A stretch of 63,758 nucleotides of DNA, filler included, from Octopus bimaculoides (taxonomy: Eukaryota): assembly GCF_001194135.2 (NCBI RefSeq). It is 4 parts of 4 records of this genome, joined end to end, with 100 filler letters (N's around TTAATTAATTAA, not from the genome) between each part and the next. Parts side by side here need not be neighbours in the genome. Positions count along the whole stretch, not along the records: positions 26,940 to 46,331 come from NC_069006.1; positions 46,432 to 62,639 come from NC_068982.1; 2 more parts are not named here. The stretch is one strand, 5' to 3'. A model generated the notes under the pieces. It did no database searches and was not told the origin of the DNA. It worked only from the letters and a program-made list of their open reading frames with translations. This document shows, in pieces, positions 39,200 through 51,070 of the stretch. The position numbers and the translations under genes were made by a program. Positions within the stretch are counted from its first letter, which is position 1. Each line of letters begins with the position of its first letter.

Positions 39200-40315
39200 G
39201 GAAGTCATTTTGCTGCGGAAATAGTCCCGAAAAAAATTCTATTCTTAGACGACATGTGCGCAAAGACATTGAGCAAGAAATATCAAATCTTCTCCTCACA
39301 CCCAGGCCAGATATAGGGTTCGTAGCTGACGATGCGAAAGAACGGAGAAACGTATTCGTCCTACGGTGCAGTTACGTTAATTCACAGCCCAGAGCGTCTT
39401 CACACATGTCATTTAAGACAATTTTCTTCCGAGTCTATTTCCACATCGGAAGGTCAACTCGTGTTCGTATGTGCTCGATCGTCTTAAACATGACTTTACA
39501 CCAGTATATTTCATCCAAAGCTGCTTCGTACGTCTTTCGTATGTTACTTTGTGACCCCATAACTGCTCCAATCTTTCCCACACCACTTCTCGCCTTTAAA
39601 AAAGATAATGTCCGAAGTTTCCTAGTAAGAAGCGCCCAGTCCCACACAACCATGCACTTTTAAATGCTCTCACCAACGATGCAACACTAGCCCTTACATT
39701 AAAAACACCGCAAACATTACTGAGCCTAAGACAATATATTACTCGGAACTTCTAACCTGATATAGCGCATCAGATGCAAATTTTGCCACATCCTTTACGT
39801 TGCGGAAACAGGTCGAAGCCTTGCTGGTCGCTTTCGGAAGCATATTCGAAACATACTTCTACGTATGCCTGACCAAAATGTTGCCACCCACTTCAACGCT
39901 CCATGCCATCGCATCTCTCACTCATCGTAGATCCACATTCCCAAAGAAAGGGAAGGAACAGCGTTTCATATTCACACTTGTTATCGACAGGTTTAAATTG
40001 TCGTTTTAACTTCTTCACTTCTTCTTCATTCATTAAACTTTTTCTTAAACTTAAACCTCTTTCTCTTCTCGGTTTTTCCTTCATCTCATTGTCGATCTTA
40101 TTTGCTTTTCTTCATTCCATTATTCTTTCCTTCATCCTTCTCACATTGTTTTTCCCATTACTTCTTGTTCGCGTATCAAGGTCATGTGGTTCTCCGTTCC
40201 CTATCAGTTGCAGCCAGTTTCCCTTTAAGTTAGAGGATGCAGAACTCTACCGTCTCTCATTTATTTATCTGCGTTCAACTTTTCCCTGAAAAAGACACTG
40301 TCCGAAAGCGTATCA
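39200..40315 (+). mobile_element. Penelope-like element relic (linker, GIY-YIG, 3' region with degenerate HHR)
   Basis: LLCDPITAPIFPTPLLAFKKDNVRSFLVRS; TSNLI*RIRCKFCHILYVAETGRSLAGRFRKH; VATHFN; CTGAAAA-A-GAC(act)GTC-CGAAAGCGTA at 40286-40312. Confidence 0.85.
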
Positions 40316-41982
40316 CTCGAACGCATGTACAATATGACGAGCAGAAACAACATAGCTGTTGATTAATATTCCGGTCATTTAGCGCTTGGTCTGACCTGGT
40401 CGAGCAGACTAATTTTCACCACAGGCACTGCATCACTGACCATCCCGTCTGTTTCGAAGGATTCAGTTAGACATGGTCTTATTTTAAGACAATGTGCTGT
40501 GATTGGAGGGAGATTTGACTGCTGTTTCAAGTCGTGACAATCACGGCTCTTCAAATAAATCTCCAGTTTCATTATCCTTTTTTGAAAGACGCTAGTGTGA
40601 TCGACGAACATTTAGCTGCTATTTCTCGCAGATGAAGCGATAATGTAGAGGCTATTTCATTGACAGTAGTAGTGGTGGGAGTGGTCGTAGAGGTGGAAGT
40701 GGTAGGAGTTGATCATGGTGGAGGTGACTAAGTGCGTAACAGGGTGTATGTATGTGGAAGACTGTATGAGGACTATATGTATGTGTGTGTGTGGGGGTGT
40801 GGGGGTGTGGGTGTATTTTGCATAGATGTGTATATCTGTGTGTATTTTATATAGATGTGTATGTCTCTGTGTGTGCATGTGTATGCGTGTATATATACAG
40901 ATATATATATGTATTTATGTTTATATATGAATGTATATTTCTGTATGCATACAGGTGAGTGTATATATATGGATATATATATATATATATATATANNNNN
41001 NNNNNNNNNNNNNNNNNNNNNNNNNNNNNNNNNNNNNNNNNNNNNNNNNNNNNNNNNNNNNNNNNNNNNNNNNNNNNNNNNNNNNNNNNNNNNNNNNNNN
41101 NNNNNNNNNNNNNNNNNNNNNNNNNNNNNNNNNNNNNNNNNNNNNNNNNNNNNNNNNNNNNNNNNNNNNNNNNNNNNNNNNNNNNNNNNNNNNNNNNNNN
41201 NNNNNNNNNNNNNNNNNNNNNNNNNNNNNNNNNNNNNNNNNNNNNNNNNNNNNNNNNNNNNNNNNNNNNNNNNNNNNNNNNNNNNNNNNNNNNNNNNNNN
41301 NNNNNNNNNNNNNNNNNNNNNNNNNNNNNNNNNNNNNNNNNNNNNNNNNNNNNNNNNNNNNNNNNNNNNNNNNNNNNNNNNNNNNNNNNNNNNNNNNNNN
41401 NNNNNNNNNNNNNNNNNNNNNNNNNNNNNNNNNNNNNNNNNNNNNNNNNNNNNNNNNNNNNNNNNNNNNNNNNNNNNNNNNNNNNNNNNNNNNNNNNNNN
41501 NNNNNNNNNNNNNNNNNNNNNNNNNNNNNNNNNNNNNNNNNNNNNNNNNNNNNNNNNNNNNNNNNNNNNNNNNNNNNNNNNNNNNNNNNNNNNNNNNNNN
41601 NNNNNNNNNNNNNNNNNNNNNNNNNNNNNNNNNNNNNNNNNNNNNNNNNNNNNNNNNNNNNNNNNNNNNNNNNNNNNNNNNNNNNNNNNNNNNNNNNNNN
41701 NNNNNNNNNNNNNNNNNNNNNNNNNNNNNNNNNNNNNNNNNNNNATATATTTAAATATATTTTTGTTGTTATTCTACATGTATGTATGTTATGTACATGT
41801 GCATTCATATGAATCTATATATGTATATATATATATATATGTATGTATGTAAGTATAAGCGTATATGTATATACAAATGGGCATGTACACGTATATACGT
41901 ATGTATAAATTTGTGTACACATACATGCATATACAAATATATATATACACACAAATATACGTTTATGCATATATAGCTTTGT

Positions 41983-42031
<49 letters not shown>

Positions 42032-42168
42032 AATATTCTGAATATTTTTTTCATAATCATCAAATTCTCTATTTACTAATAACATTTACACAAAGAAATA
42101 CTTTCCGTTATATCTACGAGATGGCATTTCGATTATTATTATTATTATCATCATCATCATCATCATCA

Positions 42169-42218
<50 letters not shown>

Positions 42219-42299
42219 ATATAAGCAGACGCCATGCTAAAATTCTTTGTATATGCACATAGGTATACATTGATATGCGTATACATATTAATGCGTATA

Positions 42300-42358
<59 letters not shown>

Positions 42359-42469
42359 ATATGTGTGTGTGTATGTGAGTAGAAAGAAAGAGAGGGGGAA
42401 TGCATTGTATACAGTTATGTATGTATTCTAACACGGAGTCACAATACTCTATACATAATACAGTTAATA

Positions 42470-42690
42470 ATTCTTTCTACTCAAGGCAGAAGGCCTGAAA
42501 TTTGGGGGTGGAGACAAGTCGATTACTACATCGACCCCAGTGCGTAACTGGTACTTAATTTATCGACCTCAAAAGGATGAAAGGCAAAGTCGACCTCGGC
42601 GGAATTTGAACACAGAACGTAGCGCCGGGCGAAATACCGCTAAGCATTTCATCCAGCATGGTAACGACTCTACCGGCTCGCCGCCTTTAA
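42470..42690 (-). mobile_element. SINE, dominant family, well-preserved copy
   Basis: Full-length alignment to the family. Confidence 0.9.
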
Positions 42691-43614
42691 TACACTTAAT
42701 AATGCTTTAAAATTTTCTCCCAAATTTGTTTATTTAAAAAAAAAAATTTTGCCAAAAACCCCCTTTTCGGATACGGAGGTTCTAGAAAATTGCCAAAAAT
42801 CGGCATTGTGAAATTTCCCCCACCCTTTTCCCCCCAACTTCTTCAATTTTGACTTTTTCCCCAACACTAACCCTAAAACCCTAGCCNNNNNNNNNNNNNN
42901 NNNNNNNNNNNNNNNNNNNNNNNNNNNNNNNNNNNNNNNNNNNNNNNNNNNNNNNNNNNNNNNNNNNNNNNNNNNNNNNNNNNNNNNNNNNNNNNNNNNN
43001 NNNNNNNNNNNNNNNNNNNNNNNNNNNNNNNNNNNNNNNNNNNNNNNNNNNNNNNNNNNNNNNNNNNNNNNNNNNNNNNNNNNNNNNNNNNNNNNNNNNN
43101 NNNNNNNNNNNNNNNNNNNNNNNNNNNNNNNNNNNNNNNNNNNNNNNNNNNNNNNNNNNNNNNNNNNNNNNNNNNNNNNNNNNNNNNNNNNNNNNNNNNN
43201 NNNNNNNNNNNNNNNNNNNNNNNNNNNNNNNNNNNNNNNNNNNNNNNNNNNNNNNNNNNNNNNNNNNNNNNNNNNNNNNNNNNNNNNNNNNNNNNNNNNN
43301 NNNNNNNNNNNNNNNNNNNNNNNNNNNNNNNNNNNNNNNNNNNNNNNNNNNNNNNNNNNNNNNNNNNNNNNNNNNNNNNNNNNNNNNNNNNNNNNNNNNN
43401 NNNNNNNNNNNNNNNNNNNNNNNNNNNNNNNNNNNNNNNNNNNNNNNNNNNNNNNNNNNNNNNNNTCGGTGGAATTTGAACTCGGGACGAAATGCCAGCA
43501 GGCATTTTATTAATTTAATTAAATAATGGCTTCAAATTTATAAACAAAGTCAAGCATTTAAAGAAGAGGGCGTTAGAGTACAACACTGTCTCTGCTATTT
43601 GACTGGTACTTTAA

Positions 43615-43970
43615 ATATGCTTTTCTACTCTAGGCACAAGGCCCGAAATTTTGGGGGAGGGAGCCTGTCGATTAGATCGACTCCACTACGCAACTGGTAC
43701 TTAATTTATCGACCCTGAAAGGATAAAAGGAAAAGTCGACCTCGACGGAATTTGAACTCAGAGCGTGTAGACAGACGAAATACCGCTTAGTATTTCGCCC
43801 GGCGTGCTACCGTTTCTGCCAGCTCGCCACCTCTGGTACTTTATATATTATCAACCTCGAAGGGATTAAAGGCTACTGTGGGATTCGAACTCAGAAAGTA
43901 AAGGGCCAAAACATGTACTGCACAGCATTTTTTTTTTCGACGCTCTAACGATTCTACCAGTTCGCCGCCT
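43615..43970 (-). mobile_element. Two adjacent dominant-family SINE copies
   Basis: Full copy at about 43615-43830, partial copy at about 43835-43970. Confidence 0.85.
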
Positions 43971-44269
43971 TTCAGGCGGTGCTGTAGCAAATCACTGAAA
44001 GGCGGTGCGCAGTCAAATCACTGAAACGTGTAAAAGGGTACTGGGGTCGATGTAATCGACTTACCCTCTCCCTCGGAATTGCTGGCCTTGTGCCAAAATT
44101 TGAAACTGATAATCAAAGCTTATTAAGACTGATAAATTGTATGGTGCTTGCTCCGAGTGTCATGTTATTACATTTAGATGGGAGTAAAAGCATTGTAATG
44201 AACTATAATTTTGTATAGTTTATAAATATTAGGTTCTTAAAAGTTAGAATTTTTAATGTTTAACGTTGC

Positions 44270-45025
44270 ATGAGGTGGCGAGCTAACAGAATCATTGGCG
44301 CGTTGAACAAAATCCTTATAACGTAAAGACGGGCGAAATGCCGCCGAGTTCAAGGTTAACTTTGCATTCCATACTTTCGAAGTCGATAAAATAAGTACCA
44401 GTTGAACACTGGAGACGATGATTATAATTTAATTGTATCGAGACAAATATATTGCATACTGCTCGCTTCAAGTGTCATGGTATTACTTTTAGATGGGAGT
44501 AGAGGCTTTATAATGAACTACGGTAATCCCTCGACTATCGCGGATGTTACGTTCCAAAACAGACCCGTGATGTGTGAAAATCCGCGAAGTAGAAACAGTA
44601 CTGTACTGTATATATTTTTCTATTATTTTCATAATTTTTATATGTTTATTTTATTATAAATGCAAAACATCACGGAAGAATCGACGTAAGCTTAAATAAT
44701 AAACCGCGATAGGGGAATCGCGATATGGCTAGGGATTACTGCTGTATGAGTGATGTGTTGCTAGCGAAAACGAGGTTTATTAATACGGTTTTTTTTAACG
44801 TTGAATGAGGTGGTGAACTGGCAGAACCATTAACATGCCGAACTAAATGCTTAGAACGTAAAGACGGACGAAATGGTCACTGAGTTCAAGTTTCGCCGAG
44901 GGTTAACTTTGCTTTTCAAATTTTTGCGGTCGATAAAATAAATACCAGTTGAACACTGGGGTTGATGTAATCGACTTACTCCTTGCCCCGAAGTTGCTGA
45001 CCTTGTGCCAGGATTTGAAACCAGC
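44270..45025 (+). mobile_element. Two SINE copies (about 44270-44420 and 44800-45025) sharing an internal micro-inversion
   Basis: Both carry AACGTAAAGACGG.CGAAATG, the reverse complement of the normal internal segment, and both have the same upstream flank TTTAACGTTG.ATGAGG. Confidence 0.8.
44521..44741. mobile_element. Tigger/pogo-like MITE
   Basis: TIRs CGGTAATCCCT / AGGGATTACTG (1 mismatch), TA on left flank, subterminal ATCGCGG/CCGCGAT. Confidence 0.8.
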
Positions 45026-45289
45026 ATTATAACTTATAGTAAGGCAGCGAATAAGACTGTGTAAGGTTTACAGTTATGTAAGTAATTGTCTGAACTGATG
45101 AAAAAAGAAGCGGGGGGGGGGGGAAACGTTGTGGCGAAAGGGTATATTAATTTGGGAGAAGTGTGAAAAAAATGAAGAGAAAGAGAGAAATGAAGGAATT
45201 TGGGTTTACGGATTGTTGAAGAGTGAAGGAAAGGAGAAAGTAATTAACAAAAATGTAAGGGGAAAAAAGAAGAAAGGAAAGTAGATTCC

Positions 45290-45880
45290 CTTCGATACCA
45301 ACCGCTTTCCTTTCCATTTCACCTTTCATTAAGTGTCCTTTGATTCCAGTGTACCATCCTGCGGAGCTGTTGCCCTGTCCAAACCACTGTTTTTTAAAAA
45401 TATCTTTGCCGTCTAGACTTTCCTTTTCGACGTCACTGTAATCAGCCTGAATTTCTAATCCACTTTTCATTCAACAGTTGCCACATCTAACATAGATCCT
45501 GTGTTCGCTCCCACTTCTAGAATCATACCAGATCATTCGTCCAGAAGATCACAATTCTACTCAGGCCTAACTCATCATTCTATATGGTCTTATATGATCT
45601 TATATACTGTTTGTAGGCTTTTTATGTGCCTTATATTTTTATATTTTCATATTTTCATTTTTCATTTATTTTAATTTTTACTCTATTCATATTTTTATTT
45701 CTATTTTTATTTTATATTTTATATTTGTATTGAATTTGTGTGAATCTCTGAAGAGGCCTAGCGAATCATGCATGTACCCCCATTACATCATTTTCATCTG
45801 CTAATTACTCCGGCACGCAGGAACTATAGGGATAGAATGGGGCATGCCAACGCTAGGCCGAAACAGCTGTAAGTTTCTGT
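45290..45880 (+). mobile_element. Probable Penelope-like 3' region/pLTR
   Basis: Frameshifted LLESY..I...YSGL resembles the PLE EN C-terminus; AT-rich spacer then HHR. Confidence 0.5.
45742..45877 (+). ncRNA. Type I hammerhead ribozyme motif with 87-nt loop II
   Basis: GAATCT-CTGAAGA-GGCCTAGCG...CGCTAGGCC-GAAAC-AGCT-GTA-AGTTTC: canonical core, perfect 9-bp stem II, GUA triplet (45869-45871), 5/6 stem I pairs. Confidence 0.85.
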
Positions 45881-46072
45881 ATATTCTCCAATTGCTAAAT
45901 GTACTTTATATTTGTAACCTTAATTGTTAATATGGCATGGTATGTCATAAGCATCTGTATATCGTGGTTTTTGTCATTTTAGTTACAAAATAAACAAATT
46001 GATTCAATGGAATACACTGTCTGCAAGTCGATGGATACCACATATTCTCCTCCATTTTCTTATTGCTACATA

Positions 46073-46114
<42 letters not shown>

Positions 46115-46479
46115 TTTAATGATAGGGAATGCAATTCCAAAACTTACAGTGAAAATTCAATTTAGCAATTCTAAATCAAATTTCCCAATATATAATACAT
46201 ATATAATTTAGAGAAAAACCAACTATTTACAAATTCAACAATGAAAAATGTAATTCAAAACATCTAGAAAAACAAACATACCACAAAAACCCTACTCCAA
46301 AGATCAATATTTTACACAATCAATAAATAGCNNNNNNNNNNNNNNNNNNNNNNNNNNNNNNNNNNNNNNNNNNNNTTAATTAATTAANNNNNNNNNNNNN
46401 NNNNNNNNNNNNNNNNNNNNNNNNNNNNNNNCTTGTTCGTTTCAAAACTCAATCAACTCATTTTCGCAGATTGACGAGA

Positions 46480-46996
46480 CACACGGGAGGGAGAGGAGGG
46501 CGGGGAATAACAGGGGGATATGGGGAGAGAGAGAGAGGTGAGAGGGAAAAGAGAGAAGTGAGCAAGAAGAGAGGGAGGTGAAAGGGAAGAGAGAGAGGTG
46601 AGAAGGAAGAAAGATGAGAGGGAAGTTAGAGAGGTGAGAAGGAAGAGAGAGAGAGGTGAAAGGGAAGAGAGAGATAAGTGAAAGACAAGAGATAAAGGTG
46701 AGGAGGAAAAGAGGGAAGAGGGAAGAGGGAAGAGGGAAGAGAGAGAGAGGGGAAATAATAGGGGAACATGAAGAGAGAGAGAGAGGTGAGAGGGAAGAGA
46801 GAAGGAGAATAATAGGGGGACATGGAGTGAGAGAGGTGCGAGAGAAGAGAGAGAGAGATGAAAGAGAAGAGAGGGGGGTGAGAGAAAAGACAGAGAGAGG
46901 TGAGAGGGAAGATGGATAGGTGAGAGGGAAGAGAGAAGGGGATAAAGGGAGAGCGAGAGAGACAGAAAGAAGGAAAGAGTGAGAGAGTGAGTGAGT

Positions 46997-47050
<54 letters not shown>

Positions 47051-47080
47051 GAGAGAGAGAGAGAAATAGANNNNNNNNNN

Positions 47081-47120
<40 letters not shown>
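46480..47120. repeat. Polypurine (GA-rich) cryptic minisatellite plus (GA)n
   Basis: Recurrent GAGAGGTGA(G/A)AGGGAA motif; almost no pyrimidines on the + strand. Confidence 0.85.
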
Positions 47121-47121
<1 letters not shown>

Positions 47122-47999
47122 GATGAACAACATAATTTTGAAAAATATAAGATAAATGAAAATGCAAAAGGCAAAGAACGCAGAAAAAATACATGGAGAG
47201 TGAGAGGAGTAGAGGAAGGTAGAAAGAAGAGGAGGGAAAGATGGAAATACAAAGAGAGGCATAGAGAAAGCGGAGGAACATAAGAAATTACTGTTCATAT
47301 ATCTGCTGTTTCTGTTGCTGTTGTTGTTGCACTCAGAAATAAACATCCTAGACTATACAAAAAAAAAAGACAAAAAAATGCCCCAAAACACGCCATTCGA
47401 CTAATTGCCGAAAACTCATTCTCGAATACACTTCAATTATTGGTACGCAAGATGTGGAGCCTCTTCAACAACTACTACAACTTCTACAAATTTAAGCAAT
47501 ACATACGCCCTCCTTCCTAAATCCACTGGAAGCACCTGTCTCAATTTCGCTGTTATTCCTATTGTGTTAAACTTGCAATGCCCACACAAAATCCGTCCCC
47601 TAATTCTGTTTTCCCTTTGCAAGTTGTCGGTGCTTCACGCTGAGCAATAATTGTGTATTTTTACAGCCAATGTTCTGGCCGCCTCAGACATTCGGTGAAG
47701 AGCAGCTTCGGAAGAATGGTGCGGATCGAAACGACAGAGAGATGAAATCAGACCAAAAAGTAGCCGAAAGTTATCCCATCAACGTTTGTGTCTCAATGGA
47801 ATTCTCTCTCAGCCTTTATCTTCTTCTTTCCAGCAGAAATCTTGATTAAGACGTTCTAAGTTCTAAGAAATCGCTTTGAAACTCCTCCAGTTCCCACATT
47901 TCCCGCTTATTCCTGTCCTTCATCTTCAGTACTTCACCCTCTAGAATTTTCTCCTTGCATATCTCTTCGTAGCAAAGACGTCGACTTCTGATAACTTAC

Positions 48000-48055
48000 G
48001 TGAAATGCTGTCAATAACAATATGGCTGACTTCAAAGAGGCGTGCAGATACGCAT
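48000..48055 (-). other. Candidate non-coding 5' exon
   Basis: Consensus donor CAC|GTAAGT (47999-47994); YY1-like AATATGGC at 48019-48026; lies in about 600 bp of non-repetitive sequence. Confidence 0.25.
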
Positions 48056-48329
48056 GTGTGTGTGTGTAACTTCATAGTACGAGCGTTTAAAAAACTTGAC
48101 GCAAACGCATATGCCCAGTACGAAAACTTTCTTTCAAAAAGTTTGTCGTGCTTTTCTACTTTTTATATATAGCTGATAACTTTTAATAACGTTTTAAGAA
48201 ATTGTTGCTTCATATATATATATATATATATATATAATATGAGGGGTTTAGGTCACTTGTGATCTAAACGAATAAGTACGTTGAGTAAGTGCTATAGTTG
48301 TTCGACCGTGAGATTCCAAGATCACTGCT

Positions 48330-49150
48330 AATTTTCCCTGTCTAAAATATTCATACCTATCGGTGATTCAAGAAAAACTAGAGACAGACACCTGTTTAAA
48401 AGAACGTACTAGTGTACCAATAGGAAAGTTGATGGAAAAGTTGACCTTCTGTGTAGAAACTACCTACTTCAGAATGGACACTGATATATATCAATAGAAG
48501 AGAGTTTAGCTAAGGATTCGCCATTATCACCAATAATAGCTAACATATACATGAAATACTTTGAGAATTTGGCTTTAGGATCAACACCACTAAAACCAAC
48601 CCTATGGTTGCGATATGTTGATGACACCTTTATACCCTGGCCCCACCAGGAAGATGTCCAAGTGCTGTTATATCATGTGAACTCAATAAAGCCATCCATA
48701 CAGTTCCCTATGGAAAAGGATAAAGACAATCAGCTAGCATTTCTGGATGTATTAATAACACGCACCAATTATGGATCCGAGACAACCGTATACCACAAGC
48801 CAGCCTTCACTGGACGATACCTCAACTTCAATTCCCACCGTCCATATAGTGTAAAGTGAGGGATTGCTCAGTGCCTAAAACATCGAGTAAAGAATATAAG
48901 TAGCGAATATGATACACACCACGAAGAAATGATCAAGCTAAGTAACAATTTATTAAGCAACAACTACCCCAAAAACGTACTGTCCATTCCAATTGTGAAG
49001 AAAAGAGAGAATGAAACCCATAAACTGACTATATGTGTCTACCTTATGTGAAAGGCCTGTATTCATTCCTTGTCTCTGATGACGGAATGCCCAAAGTGGT
49101 GACATGCTAACCTACCACTTGGGTTATCCTAGAAACGGCTGTAACACTTC
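48330..49150 (+). mobile_element. Penelope-like (Poseidon-type) RT fragment, EN domain deleted, HHR at 3' end
   Basis: SPLSPIIANIYMKYFE...WLRYVDDTF...IQF.MEK.....LAFLDVLI...VYHKP..TGRYLNFNSH.P...NNYP...LPYVKGL, then directly the HHR. Confidence 0.9.
49070..49149 (+). ncRNA. Degenerate type I hammerhead ribozyme motif
   Basis: CTGATGA (49076)...long imperfect stem II GGAATGCCCAAAGTGGT/ACCACTTGGGTTATCC...GAAAC-GGCT-GTA; junction and stem I eroded. Confidence 0.65.
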
Positions 49151-49228
49151 AAATTCACCTTACCTTAATTAAATTATTCTAAATGACCTGAGATACACGT
49201 TTTGTCTTGGTTTTTGATGTTTCCTCTA

Positions 49229-49288
<60 letters not shown>

Positions 49289-49290
<2 letters not shown>

Positions 49291-49735
49291 TGACATGAGT
49301 ATTCCTTGCGATCATAATATAGCGGCGAAAGAATTTGACAAAACCAGTAAATATAAAGACTTGCTAATAGAAATTGAAAAAATGTGGCATCTCAAGACTA
49401 CCGTACCAGTGATTGTAGGATTTCTAGGAATGATAAAAAAAAAAGGTACTGAAACTTATTTGAAAATGATATCAGGCTTACCATCCCTACAAGAAGTGCA
49501 AAAAATCGTGTTAACTGGAACGACTCATGTACCGAGAAGAGCATTATCGCTGTGAAAACAACATCCATTCATGAATTTATCTATTTATTATTTTTTTTTA
49601 AATGCATATTTTACCTGTGAATTTGCGTGTGTAAACTGGGAATGAATACAATGAGCTTCTCTGCCCTAGGTGTACGGAAAACACTCGGCAAGAAATGGAA
49701 GAATATTTGAAGAAAGAAGAAAAAAAAACATAATA
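49289..49735 (+). mobile_element. 5'-truncated R4/Dong-like copy
   Basis: DMSIPCDHNI..KEFDKTSKYKDLLIEIEKMWHLKT.VPVIVG.LG...LTGTTHV.RRAL, starting exactly at the end of (AAT)n and ending in ATAATAATAAT. Confidence 0.9.
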
Positions 49736-50175
49736 ATAATATATATATATGTATGTATGTATATATGTATGTAAAAGAGAAACGACGAAATGATTGACAA
49801 ACAGTTATAGGTGGAAGGAATTACATGATGTAATCAGATATTGTTTTTACAGCTATTTCAATTTGTTCAGTGAATAGTTGATATAACAATGCATATTATG
49901 TATACAGGTGCAATAATGAGGTAATATTATCCAAAACATATAAGCAAAGACAATACTAACTAGCACGAGCCTTGATAACTGAGTAGCTTCTTGTGGCAAA
50001 TTAAACGACATTCTCTACAGAAGATTTGTCGGCCCTTTTTCATATAAGCAAAATGTTTTAGATAAATATATTCCTTACATATATAACTGCTGGCCCGTCG
50101 TTCCTCTTTGATATATATACTTTACATTTCGGTTATTCTTTTAACTGACTTTTCCACTCCTGGCTTGCAAGACAT

Positions 50176-51070
50176 AAAGTGGTACATCTAGATTGTCGGC
50201 TGCCAGCGGCTTGAAGTTCACTAGCATAGCATACCTCTGGTAACGACAATAACATACATTCTTCCTGTTGATGGATCCTCCTGGTTGATGGAGTATATGA
50301 AGTTACTCGCGGAGACAGAGTTGGAAATTGCAAGGTCCGATATTACATTCGATGTTGTGGGAATCATTCTGATGGTTACGGAGTCTCCAGATAAAGCAGT
50401 ACAAGAAGATGGAGTTTTCCCTATCCCTACACATGAAGGAGTACTTATGCCGTGTATACCTTCGTTTGTAAGTCATTGACTGCCATTCGATGGGGTGAGG
50501 GTGGCTCGGTAGACAACATCACTTCTAACATCACGCGCTACAGAAGACGCAAATACACACCTACACCACCTTGTAACTCCGAAATACTACTAACTGGAAA
50601 CCAAGGGGGTTATGCCTCTCAGAGACTGTCATCTATAGAGCCACTCTCACACCATCCGATGGCATTACAAGATACCACAAGGGTATGCCAGTCAATGATT
50701 TCAAGGGAAGGCATACGCAGCAGTTACAGGGATAGGGAAAACTCCCACCGCCGTGTCCCCTTTTTATCTGGAAACACCGTAATCATCAGAACGACTTCGT
50801 CAACATCAAATGGATTATCATTGACTAGGTCTCTCCGTATTCACCTGGAAAACACAACTGCCAACTCTGTCTCCGCGAGAGACAACACAAATGTCACCAG
50901 CCTGCAGAATATATCAACAAGAAAAATGAACTATCTTATTGTTGCCAACAGAGGTACACTCCGTTAATGAACTTCAAGCCTCTGGCAGCCAACAATCCAG
51001 ATATACCATCTTAGATCTCTGGGTTTAGTAGCGAAGGCAAGTCAATGGTAAGTTCGCGAAACTCGACGAA
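50176..51070. mobile_element. Head-to-head pair of Penelope-like EN fragments (minus 50176-50520, plus about 50540-51070)
   Basis: Plus copy encodes VIYRATL...NDFKGRH and IKWIIID*VSPYSPGKHNCQLCLRE; the left arm is its diverged reverse complement. Confidence 0.8.

Noticed and set aside
39325-39340. CTGACGATGCGAAAG hammerhead-like string
   Set aside because: Only 3 nt between the boxes, no stem II; chance match inside PLE coding sequence.
42700-42886. Telomere-like CCCTAA at a contig end
   Set aside because: Only about 2 units; homopolymer-inflated sequence suggests a low-quality read tail, probably of the 61887 foldback family; not a chromosome end.
45080-45470. 107-aa minus-strand ORF
   Set aside because: No recognisable motif; the left part looks like low-quality, homopolymer-rich sequence; the plus strand better fits a PLE relic.
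46442-47346. Leu/Ser-rich ORFs of 208-297 aa
   Set aside because: Translation of the GA-rich low-complexity tract, spanning a gap.
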